Shown here in pieces: positions 39,201 through 47,418 of a DNA stretch of 64,000 nucleotides. The DNA comes from Nannocystis bainbridge. GTDB lineage: Bacteria; Myxococcota_A; Polyangia; Nannocystales; Nannocystaceae. The position numbers and the translations under genes were made by a program. The notes below the pieces were generated by a model. It saw only the letters and a program-made list of their open reading frames with translations, did not search any database and was not told the DNA's origin. Within the stretch, counting starts at the first letter, position 1. The number at the start of each line of letters is the position of its first letter. The stretch is from the NCBI RefSeq assembly GCF_028368995.1, contig NZ_JAQNDL010000003.1:1696001-1760000 (forward strand). Reading direction: 5' to 3'.

Positions 39201-39808
39201 CCGACGGCCCGCGCCAGATCGCCGCCATCGATCCGGGCCCGCCGACCACCTACTACCGGCCGCCGCAGACTATCGTCCACCCGCGCGCCGCGATCGCCGT
39301 GGTCCCGCTCATCGGTCACGACGCGATCGCCGTGCACGACTTCGCCAGCGGCGCCACCACGCGCCGACCCGTCGTGCTCCCGGCCGTGCCGACCGCCGCC
39401 TACAGCCCGAGCGGCGAGACCCTCGCGGTCGCTGTCGCCGGTCGCCGCGTCCTCCTGGTGCGCGGCGCCGACGACCCCGGGCGCGAGCTCGCCTTGCCCG
39501 ACGACGCCCGCGCGCTCGCGTTCGTCGGCGAGGACCAGCTCGCCGTGCTCGGCGAGTCCGGCGACCTGCTGCGCCTCGACACCGTGCTCGGCGAGGCCGC
39601 CGTCGTGCGCCGCGCCTGGACCGCCCGCCTCGACGGCTACGCCGCCCTGACCCGCGCCAACCTCGTGGCCGACCCGGACGGCGCCACCGTCGCGTTCACC
39701 CAGGCCGACTTCGACCTCACCGTCCAGCCCGCCGACCCCCTCCCGCGCGAGCCCGCGGCCCTGGCGGGCTGGCTGCAGACCCGTGCGCGTCAGCTCGCCG
39801 GCGGATGA
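36266..39808 (+). CDS. Ser/Thr protein kinase with WD40/beta-propeller domain
   Basis: GGLGVV, VAVKE, HRDLKPANIL, IDWGLAK, GTLRYMPPEQ; TM; LHGHARPV...WKWD and ALSPDG repeats. Alternative GTG start at 36179. Confidence 0.92.
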   Translation: MPATARPQAPASHVVRAAQARLVAHLGEADLGASAEPTLTPAGSPTRLADPTSWPGPSRAPHQPADDERYEFGEAFAAGGLGVVRRARDRRLGRDVAVKELMRTDPAAEHRFALEAAITARLQHPGIVPLYDIGRHATGEPYYCMKLVEGQTLEHEIRRRSQPYERLALIEHVIAAADAVAYAHRHGVLHRDLKPANILVGELGEAVVIDWGLAKDTTQPSADPPPSPHAPTSGFISTVTEHGTVLGTLRYMPPEQARGEVVDARGDVFALGAVLYHVLAGAPPYADVDGRVLASRVVEAAVDDLRERAPEAPRELVAIAQRAMAARPEDRYASAEALAEDLRRFLTGRMVDAHRYSAGEVVRLWLRRHRAAVGVASASLVALVAGGAYAVQNVYHQRDAAAVAQAHAEAARGEAESALATARQQTTASLLAQARAALNGDLAGSLTALAQVDLSDETSARRARLLALAAETRGAPTRILHGHARPVSQVVALSDGALVSVDVGGDVWKWDAKTGAGARLFELGEREVVLVVARDAPIFAAIGRRSARVERAGHSQAIDVSMVDRGDHGIQQYRWTMSAGGEALAALSEPATSSAGFAGAPAYRWDLTQEPAKLDVVPGTRGRTAALSPDGRTVAYEDAARGAFLRTGEQSLATPAISGPLEFSSSGAHLVSWAVDQPPRHVAYTPATQEVHPLGRWTLAIAPDDRALVLDVDDFTGMISLSMRSLADAATRWTATPVESGNLVEWGDAQEYDVVVDPRGDSLAVRTPDHWLLGSQTDGSFPRRLDADNARHAAYAGDGRFAVAHLGDIHVWEPAPVPPAAQGLAGLNVGALALDGRQAIVYADQGSPRLRDMFSGTSTASCHDRLTVEQFLDPEARSAVGGGRSLFVDKAGEACLGDGAGLHEFAVGKPTTSVALADAGSAFAAGFADGTVLTWRDVAATARKWELGAQVAGLVLTRAGDGAIAFTPAGQVFALTDAADGPRQIAAIDPGPPTTYYRPPQTIVHPRAAIAVVPLIGHDAIAVHDFASGATTRRPVVLPAVPTAAYSPSGETLAVAVAGRRVLLVRGADDPGRELALPDDARALAFVGEDQLAVLGESGDLLRLDTVLGEAAVVRRAWTARLDGYAALTRANLVADPDGATVAFTQADFDLTVQPADPLPREPAALAGWLQTRARQLAGG

Positions 39809-39813
39809 TGAGC

Positions 39814-39852
39814 CCGTGATGACATGTCCATATGGACATGTCATCACGGACA
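39814..39852. repeat. Perfect 36-bp palindrome / 14-bp-phased array
   Basis: CCGTGATGACATGTCCAT|ATGGACATGTCATCACGG (39814-39849); GACA at 39821, 39835, 39849. Confidence 0.9.
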
Positions 39853-39990
39853 TTCATGCCTCGCCCAATGTCACGATCGCCAGGCGGAGGTCGTCGCGTG
39901 CGACGGCCCCGCCTGCTCGTGTGAACCGGCCGCTGCCTGACAGCAACGACCGCCCGTCCGACCCCCACGCTGCCGTGGCCGCGCTCGCCC

Positions 39991-40506
39991 TCACTTCCCC
40001 GGCTTGCGCTCCTTCAAGAAGCGGAGGTCGCCGGCGACGTCGTGCAGCGACGTGATCGGCACCACCACGGGCGAGTTCGGCGTCGTCTCGAGCACCTTCG
40101 GGTTGCCGCCCGCCCACGTGATGCGGTTGATGCGGTGCTGGATCCGCCACTTGCCCTTCACCTTCACCAGGCGATCATCATAGTAGCCCTGACCCTCCCA
40201 GAAGTCGCCCCCGGGGGTCCCGGGCTTGATCAGGCGGAAATGCCCGTACGTCAGCGCCCACGCCTCGTTGCCCTGGAAGTCCCACAGCGTGTTCGACATC
40301 GTGTGCTGCGTGCCGCTGTAGACCGCGTGGATGGCGGCGAAGATCTGCTTGAACGTGGCGAGGCCGGTCCACACCGCGCCCTCGCCGTAATCGGCGATCA
40401 CGTCGCTCGTGAACACCTCGTCGAACAGGTGCCACTGCTGGGTATCGATCGCCAGCGCGTAAAGGTGGACCAGAGGCAGGATCGTATCGGCTTCGTTGCT
40501 TGACAT
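39991..40506 (-). CDS. SnoaL-like / NTF2-fold protein
   Basis: YALAIDTQQW...FTSD, TQHTMSN, GYYDDRLVK...WRIQHR. Confidence 0.88.
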   Translation of the reverse strand: MSSNEADTILPLVHLYALAIDTQQWHLFDEVFTSDVIADYGEGAVWTGLATFKQIFAAIHAVYSGTQHTMSNTLWDFQGNEAWALTYGHFRLIKPGTPGGDFWEGQGYYDDRLVKVKGKWRIQHRINRITWAGGNPKVLETTPNSPVVVPITSLHDVAGDLRFLKERKPGK

Positions 40507-40804
40507 GCTTGAACCTCGCGCGAGAACGTCCGCGCACGACGATCGGCCGCGCCGGCCAGAAGTTGCCGCCGCGACGTGTTTTGCAGCTTAACACGCCGCT
40601 GCGACGATTCGACGGGAGAATGCGCGCACCTCCGGCTGTCACGATCGAGACGTCGGCGCGCGCCTTCCAGGCTCACCCGAGTCGCGTCCGCTCGTCGGCG
40701 CGGCGGCGCGACGCCTCGCTCGCGCGCGCCAGGTCGCGGCCCGGAGGTCGGCCGGCGGCCTCGCAGCGCGGCGACGACGGGCCCTGCCACGGAGCGACCT
40801 CAAG

Positions 40805-40874
40805 AACATGACGTTTCGAACATTATCGAAAGGACATGTCCATGTGAGCATATCCCAAAGGACATGTTCTTCGG
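40805..40874. repeat. 14-bp-phased array (5 units)
   Basis: AACA 40805, AACA 40819, GACA 40833, AGCA 40847, GACA 40861, followed by TGAC/TTAT/TGTC/TATC/TGTT. Confidence 0.85.
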
Positions 40875-40902
40875 CCCCGAGCCACCCGGCCCCGGCCGCG
40901 CT

Positions 40903-41337
40903 TTACTTCGGCGCGCGCCGCAGCGCCGGGGCCTCGGCGAGCCACCACAGCAGCGGCAGCGCGACCACCAGCAGCGCCAGCCCGGTGGGCGCCCAGGCGA
41001 ACCGATGCGCCGCCTCGACCAGCGGGCGCAGCGGGCCGGCCGGCGCCGTGACGACGATCCGCAGGCTCACCGCCGCGGCCGCCGCGAACGTCAGCACCTC
41101 GAGCACGATCGCGGGCGTCAGCACCCGGCGCTCGCGGGCTCGCAGGCGGGTCAGCGCCTCGACCAGCGGGGCCCGGCGGATCAGCGTCGACGGATCGATC
41201 ACCCGCGCCCGCGGCTGCGGACTGCGGGCCAGGCTGTCCATGAAGACAGCCACCGCGCGGGCGCGCGGGTCGGCGTCGGCCGGCTCAATCGCGGGAGCCG
41301 GGGCCGCGGGAGGGCGCGAGGATGGGGGCGAACGCAT
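40903..41337 (-). CDS. Small membrane protein (possible anti-sigma)
   Basis: Two hydrophobic helices; overlaps the sigma factor 3' end. Confidence 0.6.
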   Translation of the reverse strand: MRSPPSSRPPAAPAPAIEPADADPRARAVAVFMDSLARSPQPRARVIDPSTLIRRAPLVEALTRLRARERRVLTPAIVLEVLTFAAAAAVSLRIVVTAPAGPLRPLVEAAHRFAWAPTGLALLVVALPLLWWLAEAPALRRAPK

Positions 41338-41833
41338 GGGGGTCTGTGCTTTCGGTTTGCAGGAGGTCGGCCAGCCGCGCGCGCGCGCGGCTCAGCAGCA
41401 CGCGGACGCTCGCGGGCTTCACGTCGAGGATCTCCGCCATCTCGGCGTGATCGTGGCCGTCGACGTACGCGAGCCACAGCAGCGCCGCGTCGCGCCGCGG
41501 CAGGCGGTCGAAGATCGCCTGCAGCTCGCGGCCTTCGCCGGGCTCCGGCGCTCGCGGCGGCGCGGCCTCGTGGGCCAGCAGCAGCTCGCGCAGGCGGGCG
41601 CCGAGGCGGGTGCGGCGGCGGTGGTGATCGGTGACGAGGTTGGTGGCGATCCGGTAGAGATAGGCCCGCTCGGCGCCGGCGCGCACGCGGCCGGCCGGCA
41701 GCTGGAGCAGCCGACAATAGCTGTCCTGGACCAGGTCGTCGGCCACGGCGCGCTCGCCCACGAGGCGGTAGACGTACGCCCACAGGCGCGCGTGGGTGGC
41801 CGCGTAGAGCGCCCGGAATTGGGGTTCGTCCAT
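41285..41833 (-). CDS. ECF sigma-70 factor
   Basis: ADDLVQDSY, YLYRIATNL, EMAEILDVKPASVRVLLSRARARL. Confidence 0.9.
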   Translation of the reverse strand: MDEPQFRALYAATHARLWAYVYRLVGERAVADDLVQDSYCRLLQLPAGRVRAGAERAYLYRIATNLVTDHHRRRTRLGARLRELLLAHEAAPPRAPEPGEGRELQAIFDRLPRRDAALLWLAYVDGHDHAEMAEILDVKPASVRVLLSRARARLADLLQTESTDPHAFAPILAPSRGPGSRD

Positions 41834-41844
41834 GGGTTCCGCGC

Positions 41845-42321
41845 TCACGAGCCCGCGATGTCGCGGTACGGCGAGGCGCTGCGGCCGCGGGCGCGGTCGC
41901 CGAGCAGCTCCCACCGCTGGGCCAACTTGTACGCCACCGCGGCCCCCAACAGAAGCGAAGCGCCGAGGCAGAACAGCAGCGTCCCGGGCACCACCAGGTC
42001 GCCGTAGCCGGCGAAGGCCGACAGCACCAGGAACGCGATCCCGAGGGCCCCGAGGGCGATGCCGCCTTGCACGCTGCGGAGCAGCCGGCGCTGCAGCGGC
42101 GGCTCGCCCTGGTCGAGCAGGCGCAGGAACTCCTGGCCGGCGAGCCCGCCGAGGAATTTTTCCAGCGCCTCGGGCTCGCTGAACCGCTCGAGGGTCCGCA
42201 CCCCGAGCTCGAACCGCCGCTGCGTCTCGTGCTCGGCCCGCAGGCGCGACTGGCGGACGAAGAACCCGATGAGGAAGAAGAAGCTGAGGGGGATCAGGAT
42301 GGCTTCGAGCTCGATGTCCAT
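41845..42321 (-). CDS. Membrane protein upstream of ECF sigma (DUF6249-like)
   Basis: N-terminal TM, LERF...LEKFL, two C-terminal TMs. Confidence 0.75.
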   Translation of the reverse strand: MDIELEAILIPLSFFFLIGFFVRQSRLRAEHETQRRFELGVRTLERFSEPEALEKFLGGLAGQEFLRLLDQGEPPLQRRLLRSVQGGIALGALGIAFLVLSAFAGYGDLVVPGTLLFCLGASLLLGAAVAYKLAQRWELLGDRARGRSASPYRDIAGS

Positions 42322-42468
42322 GGCGACTCCGTGCAGCCAGAGACGCCGGCCCGGGGCCCGAGGTTAACAGCCCCTCGCCTGGACCTGCAGCCAACGGGCA
42401 GGACTGGTCGCATGTCCAGGGCGAGGCAGGCGACGCGGCGGGCCCGACGCCAGCCCGGCCCTCCGACG

Positions 42469-42510
42469 AGTCCCCAAGGACATGTCCATTCCAACATGTC
42501 CCAAGATTCA
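42469..42510. repeat. 14-bp-phased array (3 units)
   Basis: AGTC 42469, TGTC 42483, TGTC 42497. Confidence 0.8.
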
Positions 42511-42658
42511 TCTCGCGCAATCGCGTCGGTGTGACACCGACGCTCGCTCCGGCCGGCCCCGAAACCCGGTCGCGGCCGCCTCCGGTGGCAGTTGGAGCCA
42601 CGGTTCGCGACAGAACAAAGATTCGGCGCCGCTGCGGCGTCGGGGTTAGGCTGCGCCC

Positions 42659-43342
42659 ATGCTCCTTGCTTGTCCTTCTCGCCCCCTCGCGTTCGTCCTC
42701 CTGCTGGCCGCCTGCACCCCCGCGCCAGACAGCGGTGACACCGACACCACCGCGGCCACCGCGGCCACGACCGACCCTGGCACGGGCACCACCGAAACCA
42801 CCGGCGCCGCGAGCACCGACACCACCACTGGCGTCGAACCCGACCCCACGACCACCACCGGCATCACGACCGGGACCACCACCGAAGACCCCACGACGGC
42901 CGGCACCACCGCCGATACCACCACCGGCGACACCACCACCAGCGGCCTCGCCTGCGACCTCGTCCAGATCACCACCGAGCGGGCCCACGTCCTGGGCGGC
43001 GAGGTGATCGACTGCGGGATCGTCGATCCGTGGAACAACACCGTCGAGGAGTGGCAGGCCGCGCACGCCTGCGCCCTCGAGGCCGCCGCCGCCGAGCAGC
43101 AGTTCCAGCTCGTCGTCTGGCTGCAGGGCATCGACAGCGACGTCGGCCGCGGCTACATCGGCACGGCCGCCCGCTCGTACCAGCGCGAGGAGATCCACTT
43201 CGACACCCTCGGCATCCCGATCACCGGCGCCCGCCCCTGCGCCGCCTTCGCCGCGGTCGACGACTGCTACGATTTCCTCGGCACCCCCTGCATCAGCTGC
43301 GAGGGCCCGAGCCCCGGCTACGAGATCTGCGACATCCCGTGA
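42659..43342 (+). CDS. Lipoprotein with Thr-rich linker and Cys-rich C-terminal domain
   Basis: LLAAC lipobox, poly-Thr linker, several Cys. Confidence 0.85.
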   Translation: MLLACPSRPLAFVLLLAACTPAPDSGDTDTTAATAATTDPGTGTTETTGAASTDTTTGVEPDPTTTTGITTGTTTEDPTTAGTTADTTTGDTTTSGLACDLVQITTERAHVLGGEVIDCGIVDPWNNTVEEWQAAHACALEAAAAEQQFQLVVWLQGIDSDVGRGYIGTAARSYQREEIHFDTLGIPITGARPCAAFAAVDDCYDFLGTPCISCEGPSPGYEICDIP

Positions 43343-43375
43343 TCGCCGGGGCGCCCCGGCTCTCGTGAGCCCTCA

Positions 43376-43401
43376 GGGACATGTTCTAAAGAACATGTCC
43401 C
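43376..43401. repeat. Palindromic 14-bp-unit element
   Basis: GGGACATGTTCT-AA-AGAACATGTCCC between convergent genes. Confidence 0.85.
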
Positions 43402-43416
43402 ATCATTTCTCTCGCC

Positions 43417-45063
43417 TCAGTTCGGCGGCGGCTGGTACTTGAGCTGGAAGCGCAGGCGCAGCACGTCCTCGTCGTTCCAGCCGTCGCCGTGCCAGTACTG
43501 CCAGCCGAGCACGTGGAGGATCGCCTCGGGCCCGAGCGCCGAGGCGATCGGCTCATTATGAAAATCACCGGGGCTGCCGAAGCGGGCCTGGCCGAAATCG
43601 CCGCCGGTCGGCGACACCGCGCGGACGCGTGTCTCGCCGCGCCAGTCGTTGCCCAGCTTGCGCTTACCGCGGCCGAGCACCCCGATCGCGCCGTTGGGGA
43701 ACCATACCAGGCGCTCGACGTTCATCGCCGCGTCGCCGCTGAACGTCTTCGTCCAGCTGACCTGCCCGCCGCCGAGCAACAGCGGCTCGGCCAGCTTCGC
43801 CTGCCCGACCTTGCCCAGCGTGTGGACGCCGTCCAGGCCCGAGTCGGCCGGGCCCAGCGGGATCGTCACCCGGCGCAGCCACCACTGGCTGTCGAGCTGA
43901 TCGGTGTCGTCCCAGGCGAAGTAGACCGCGCCGTCGCCCCCGACGGTCGCGTACACGCCCCGCAGGCCGCCGTCGCTCAGCTTGCCCTCCTGCGGCCCGA
44001 GCTTGGCGGTGAAGTTCAGGCGCAGGTCACCGCTGCCGCGCGCGTAACGGCGGACGAACACGAAGTCGTCGCCGCCGCCGTTGTAGGTGCTGCCGGCGAC
44101 GACCAAGTCCCCGTCGGGGGCGAAGAACGCGTGGCGCCCCTTCGGCTTCGCGTACTGCGACGGGGCCGCGAAATCGGAGGTCCAGCGGATCGCGCCGTCG
44201 GCTGCGTACTTGCGCACGCGCATGCCCCCGTCGTCGTCGCCGACGATGTAGATGCTGCCGTCGCCGGCGACGGCCAGCGCGTTGGGGAAATTGTTCTCGC
44301 CGGCGACGTCGTATTTGCTCTCCCAGAGCAGGTCGCCGGCGCCGGAGATCCGCGCAGTATAGAGATCGCGGACCTGGCCGTTGCAGGCCGACAGCAGGGC
44401 CACGCCGCCCTGCGGGTGCGGGGCCATGAAGGTCGGCTCCTTGCCCCACGTGGTGGTGTAGAGCGTCTTCTGCCAGGCCACCGCGCCGGCCCGGGTCACC
44501 TTGACGATCCGCCACTTGTAGCGCGAGGACGAGACCGCGGTGACGTACATGAAATAGAAGTCCCCGGCGACGTCGACGGTCGAGGCCAGCGGCTTGCCCC
44601 ACGCCTCGCCGGAGGCCCACTGAAATTTGGTGCGCCACAGCTCCTGGCCGGCAGCGTCGAATGCCAGCACCAGCGCGTGATCCATGGCGACGTTCTTCTG
44701 CACCTCCCACACCTCGTAGCGCCGGCCCGCGGCGCCGAAGCTCAGCAGCACGCCCCTGTCGATGTTGGCGAACCCGCCGTCGAACAGCGCGCTGTCGAGG
44801 AGGCGCGGCGGCCCGGCCGGCGGGAACTGCTCGGGCACCGTCGGCGCACCGTGAGCGTGGCCGACCTCGACCGGCGGGTGGTCGGACTGCTTCTCCAGCT
44901 TCGGCTTTGAACTCGACGCCGGCCCGAGCTGCGGCGACGCGGAGCCACCCTGCGTCGCCTGCGGCTGCGGCTGCCCCTGGGTCGGCTGAAGCCCCGGCTT
45001 GTTCGCCGTCGGGGCGAGCGTGGAGCCGAGGACGAGGGCGAGGACGAGGCTGAGATCAGGCAT
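43417..45063 (-). CDS. Secreted beta-propeller-like protein
   Basis: Signal peptide; repeats such as FDAAGQELW, VTRAGAVAW, ISGAGDLLW, YAADGAIRW. Confidence 0.8.
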   Translation of the reverse strand: MPDLSLVLALVLGSTLAPTANKPGLQPTQGQPQPQATQGGSASPQLGPASSSKPKLEKQSDHPPVEVGHAHGAPTVPEQFPPAGPPRLLDSALFDGGFANIDRGVLLSFGAAGRRYEVWEVQKNVAMDHALVLAFDAAGQELWRTKFQWASGEAWGKPLASTVDVAGDFYFMYVTAVSSSRYKWRIVKVTRAGAVAWQKTLYTTTWGKEPTFMAPHPQGGVALLSACNGQVRDLYTARISGAGDLLWESKYDVAGENNFPNALAVAGDGSIYIVGDDDGGMRVRKYAADGAIRWTSDFAAPSQYAKPKGRHAFFAPDGDLVVAGSTYNGGGDDFVFVRRYARGSGDLRLNFTAKLGPQEGKLSDGGLRGVYATVGGDGAVYFAWDDTDQLDSQWWLRRVTIPLGPADSGLDGVHTLGKVGQAKLAEPLLLGGGQVSWTKTFSGDAAMNVERLVWFPNGAIGVLGRGKRKLGNDWRGETRVRAVSPTGGDFGQARFGSPGDFHNEPIASALGPEAILHVLGWQYWHGDGWNDEDVLRLRFQLKYQPPPN

Positions 45064-45511
45064 CGGCGACCCCACGATAGGCAAACCACTGCGAGATTGC
45101 GCCGCATGTTTTCGAGCCGGGTCCGCAGCACCCATGCGCATCGCTCCATCACCGCGCCGCGCATGGAGCCGGACCCAATGCCGGCACCTTCTCCCGCGAC
45201 GCGCCAGGCCCCACGGCCTGCGTCCCCGCGACCTCGAGTCGACGGCGAACCTGGGGCCCAACGGTCGCTCGAGCGCCGGTCCCTCGTCACTCCACAGGCC
45301 GCCGCGCGTCGCGTCTGCGCGAGGTGTGAGCCCGCCGAATCGTGACCGTTCGCCGACGCGCCGTGGTACCCGGAGGTGTCGTGCCTCGCCGCCGCACGGG
45401 CGCGCGGGTTCGCCCGAACCCGCGCGACCCCCCCGTCCGCGGCCCTACCCTTGATTTTTCGCCGCCCGCAATTTTTCCGGCGGGTCCGGCGACTCCACCG
45501 ACGGACCGATC

Positions 45512-46420
45512 ATGCTCAGCTCAGTCTTTGACTCTTCGACGACGCGCGCGCGCCTCGTGGCCGCGATGGCCGGCGCGGCGCTGTTCGTCCTGCCCGAGCG
45601 GCCCGCCGCGGCGCTCTCGTGCGACTCCCCGCCGTGGGAAGAAGGAGGGGCCACCAACCTCCTCGACGCCGCCAGGCAGTTCCCGATCGACGCCCAGTTC
45701 TGGGAGCTGCGGAGCTGCACGTACGAGCTCGACATGCCCTCGAACTGTCGACTCGAGCGCGGCGACGACGTGATCCCGGTCGACATCGATCTCGACGGCG
45801 CCGACCACTGCGAAGTCGATCCAACCTACGTCGGCGACGGCAACAACCCCGACGTGATCGTCCGCTACGTGCCGACGCGGTCGATGATCCCGAACCGGGC
45901 CTACGTGCTGGCGTGCGACACCAACGGCCCGCCTGCCAACAACGACTCCTTCCAGCACACGGTGGTGCGCTCGCGCCTCGACCCCGAGCCGGCCGCCGCG
46001 CCGGGCTCGCTCGACGATCTCGTGCTCGAGTACAAGCGCGGCGACGACGGCTGCTGCTCGACCGGCGACTGGATGGAGCTGCAGCTCGATCACGAGCAGA
46101 CGTGGCTGCGCGAGGGCGGCTACGTCGAGGCGATGTACGACGACGGCCAGGTGTTCGTGGTCAACGGGCCCGACCCATGGTCCGAGCGGATCGAGATGCC
46201 ACCGACGAACAAGGGCCTCGCGCTCACCCCGGTCGCCGCGAACGGCGTCCGCGGCGAGACGCTCCGCCTGGAGCGCGGCGACTACGACCGTGAGCTGGTC
46301 TATGTCGCCTGTGCCTTCACCCGCAACCCGTCGCCGCTGGCGCTGTGGCTGATCGCGCCGCTGCTCTGGATCGGCACCCTCGGTCGCCGCCGTCGCCGCG
46401 CCGTCGGAGGTGCGTCATGA
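45512..46420 (+). CDS. Secreted protein with MYXO-CTERM-like tail
   Basis: AAALSC signal; C-terminal AC...LWLIAPLLWIGTLGRRRRR. Confidence 0.8.
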   Translation: MLSSVFDSSTTRARLVAAMAGAALFVLPERPAAALSCDSPPWEEGGATNLLDAARQFPIDAQFWELRSCTYELDMPSNCRLERGDDVIPVDIDLDGADHCEVDPTYVGDGNNPDVIVRYVPTRSMIPNRAYVLACDTNGPPANNDSFQHTVVRSRLDPEPAAAPGSLDDLVLEYKRGDDGCCSTGDWMELQLDHEQTWLREGGYVEAMYDDGQVFVVNGPDPWSERIEMPPTNKGLALTPVAANGVRGETLRLERGDYDRELVYVACAFTRNPSPLALWLIAPLLWIGTLGRRRRRAVGGAS

Positions 46421-47112
46421 TGTTCTCCGCGATCGCTGCCTCTGTTCTTTTGCACATGTCTCTCGCAGCAGGTCTGTTCGGACAGGTGCAAGCACCGACC
46501 GACGGGAGCGTCGCCGTGCCTCCGGCTCCCGCCGCCCCTGCCGATCCCGCAGCGGCCCCGGCCCCGGCCGAGGCCCCCGCCCCGGAAGCGCCGCCCGAAG
46601 CTCCCGCGCCGGCCGTCGAGGCCGCCCCCACGCCGGCGCCGGTCTATGTCCAGCAGGACACGTCCTATCCGCCACCCCCGCCGACGCCCAAGAAGCCGCG
46701 GTTCGTGTTCGCCTTCCTGCCGGGGCCGACCTTCGGCCTCAGCCACCTCCCGTCGGTCAACCTGCCGTTCTTCTTCGGCGGCCGGCTCAAGCACAGCAAC
46801 TGGGCGCTGGGCTTTCAGTTCACGCTCTCGGCCGGCCTCGCCGAGCGCTACTTCTCGGGGCTGCTCACCCACCGCTATCACCTCATGGGCCTGACCCAAT
46901 TCGGCGCGCGCGGCCGCGGCTTCGCCAGCGTCGGCGGCGGCTTCGCCGTCCGCATGTTCTCGCCGATGGTCGAGGTCGAGGGCCGGGTCGGCTTCCGCTT
47001 CGGCAGGCGCGGCGTCGTCGGCGGCATGGTCCGCCTCGGCTACGACTTCGCCCACCGCGAGGGTGCCCCGGTCCCGCAGGTCGGCGCCTTCATCGGCGTC
47101 TGCAACTTCTGA
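46417..47112 (+). CDS. Secreted protein, Pro/Ala linker plus probable small outer-membrane beta-barrel
   Basis: Amphipathic beta-strands, terminal Phe; ATGA overlap with the upstream gene. Confidence 0.7.
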   Translation: MMFSAIAASVLLHMSLAAGLFGQVQAPTDGSVAVPPAPAAPADPAAAPAPAEAPAPEAPPEAPAPAVEAAPTPAPVYVQQDTSYPPPPPTPKKPRFVFAFLPGPTFGLSHLPSVNLPFFFGGRLKHSNWALGFQFTLSAGLAERYFSGLLTHRYHLMGLTQFGARGRGFASVGGGFAVRMFSPMVEVEGRVGFRFGRRGVVGGMVRLGYDFAHREGAPVPQVGAFIGVCNF

Positions 47113-47219
47113 GAGCGACCGCCCGGGCATGGCCGCCGCGCGCGCCATGCCCCAAATCATCTTATTTGGCTTGGCTTGCTGGACAGGCACCGGTCCGTCG
47201 TGGGGCGCCGGCCGGTGCC

Positions 47220-47412
47220 TGTCCTTTCGAACACTTTATGATTGGGAGTTCGTGAACGCTCGCGGGGAATCGCCGACCCGGCGGTTTATGTCCTTTCGGA
47301 CATCTCGCCACCCGCGGACACGGACGTGACGGCGCGCCGCTGCATGTCCTTTCGGACATGCGAAAGCGCCGGTACGGCGTGGCCGTCCGGCGCCTGACCC
47401 TCGGGACATGTC
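47220..47412. repeat. Cluster of TGTC-N6-GACA units (3 x TGTCCTTTCGRACA plus one variant)
   Basis: Units at 47220, 47289, 47345 and 47395 (+TGTC 47409) between convergent genes. Confidence 0.85.
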
Positions 47413-47418
47413 AACCGA

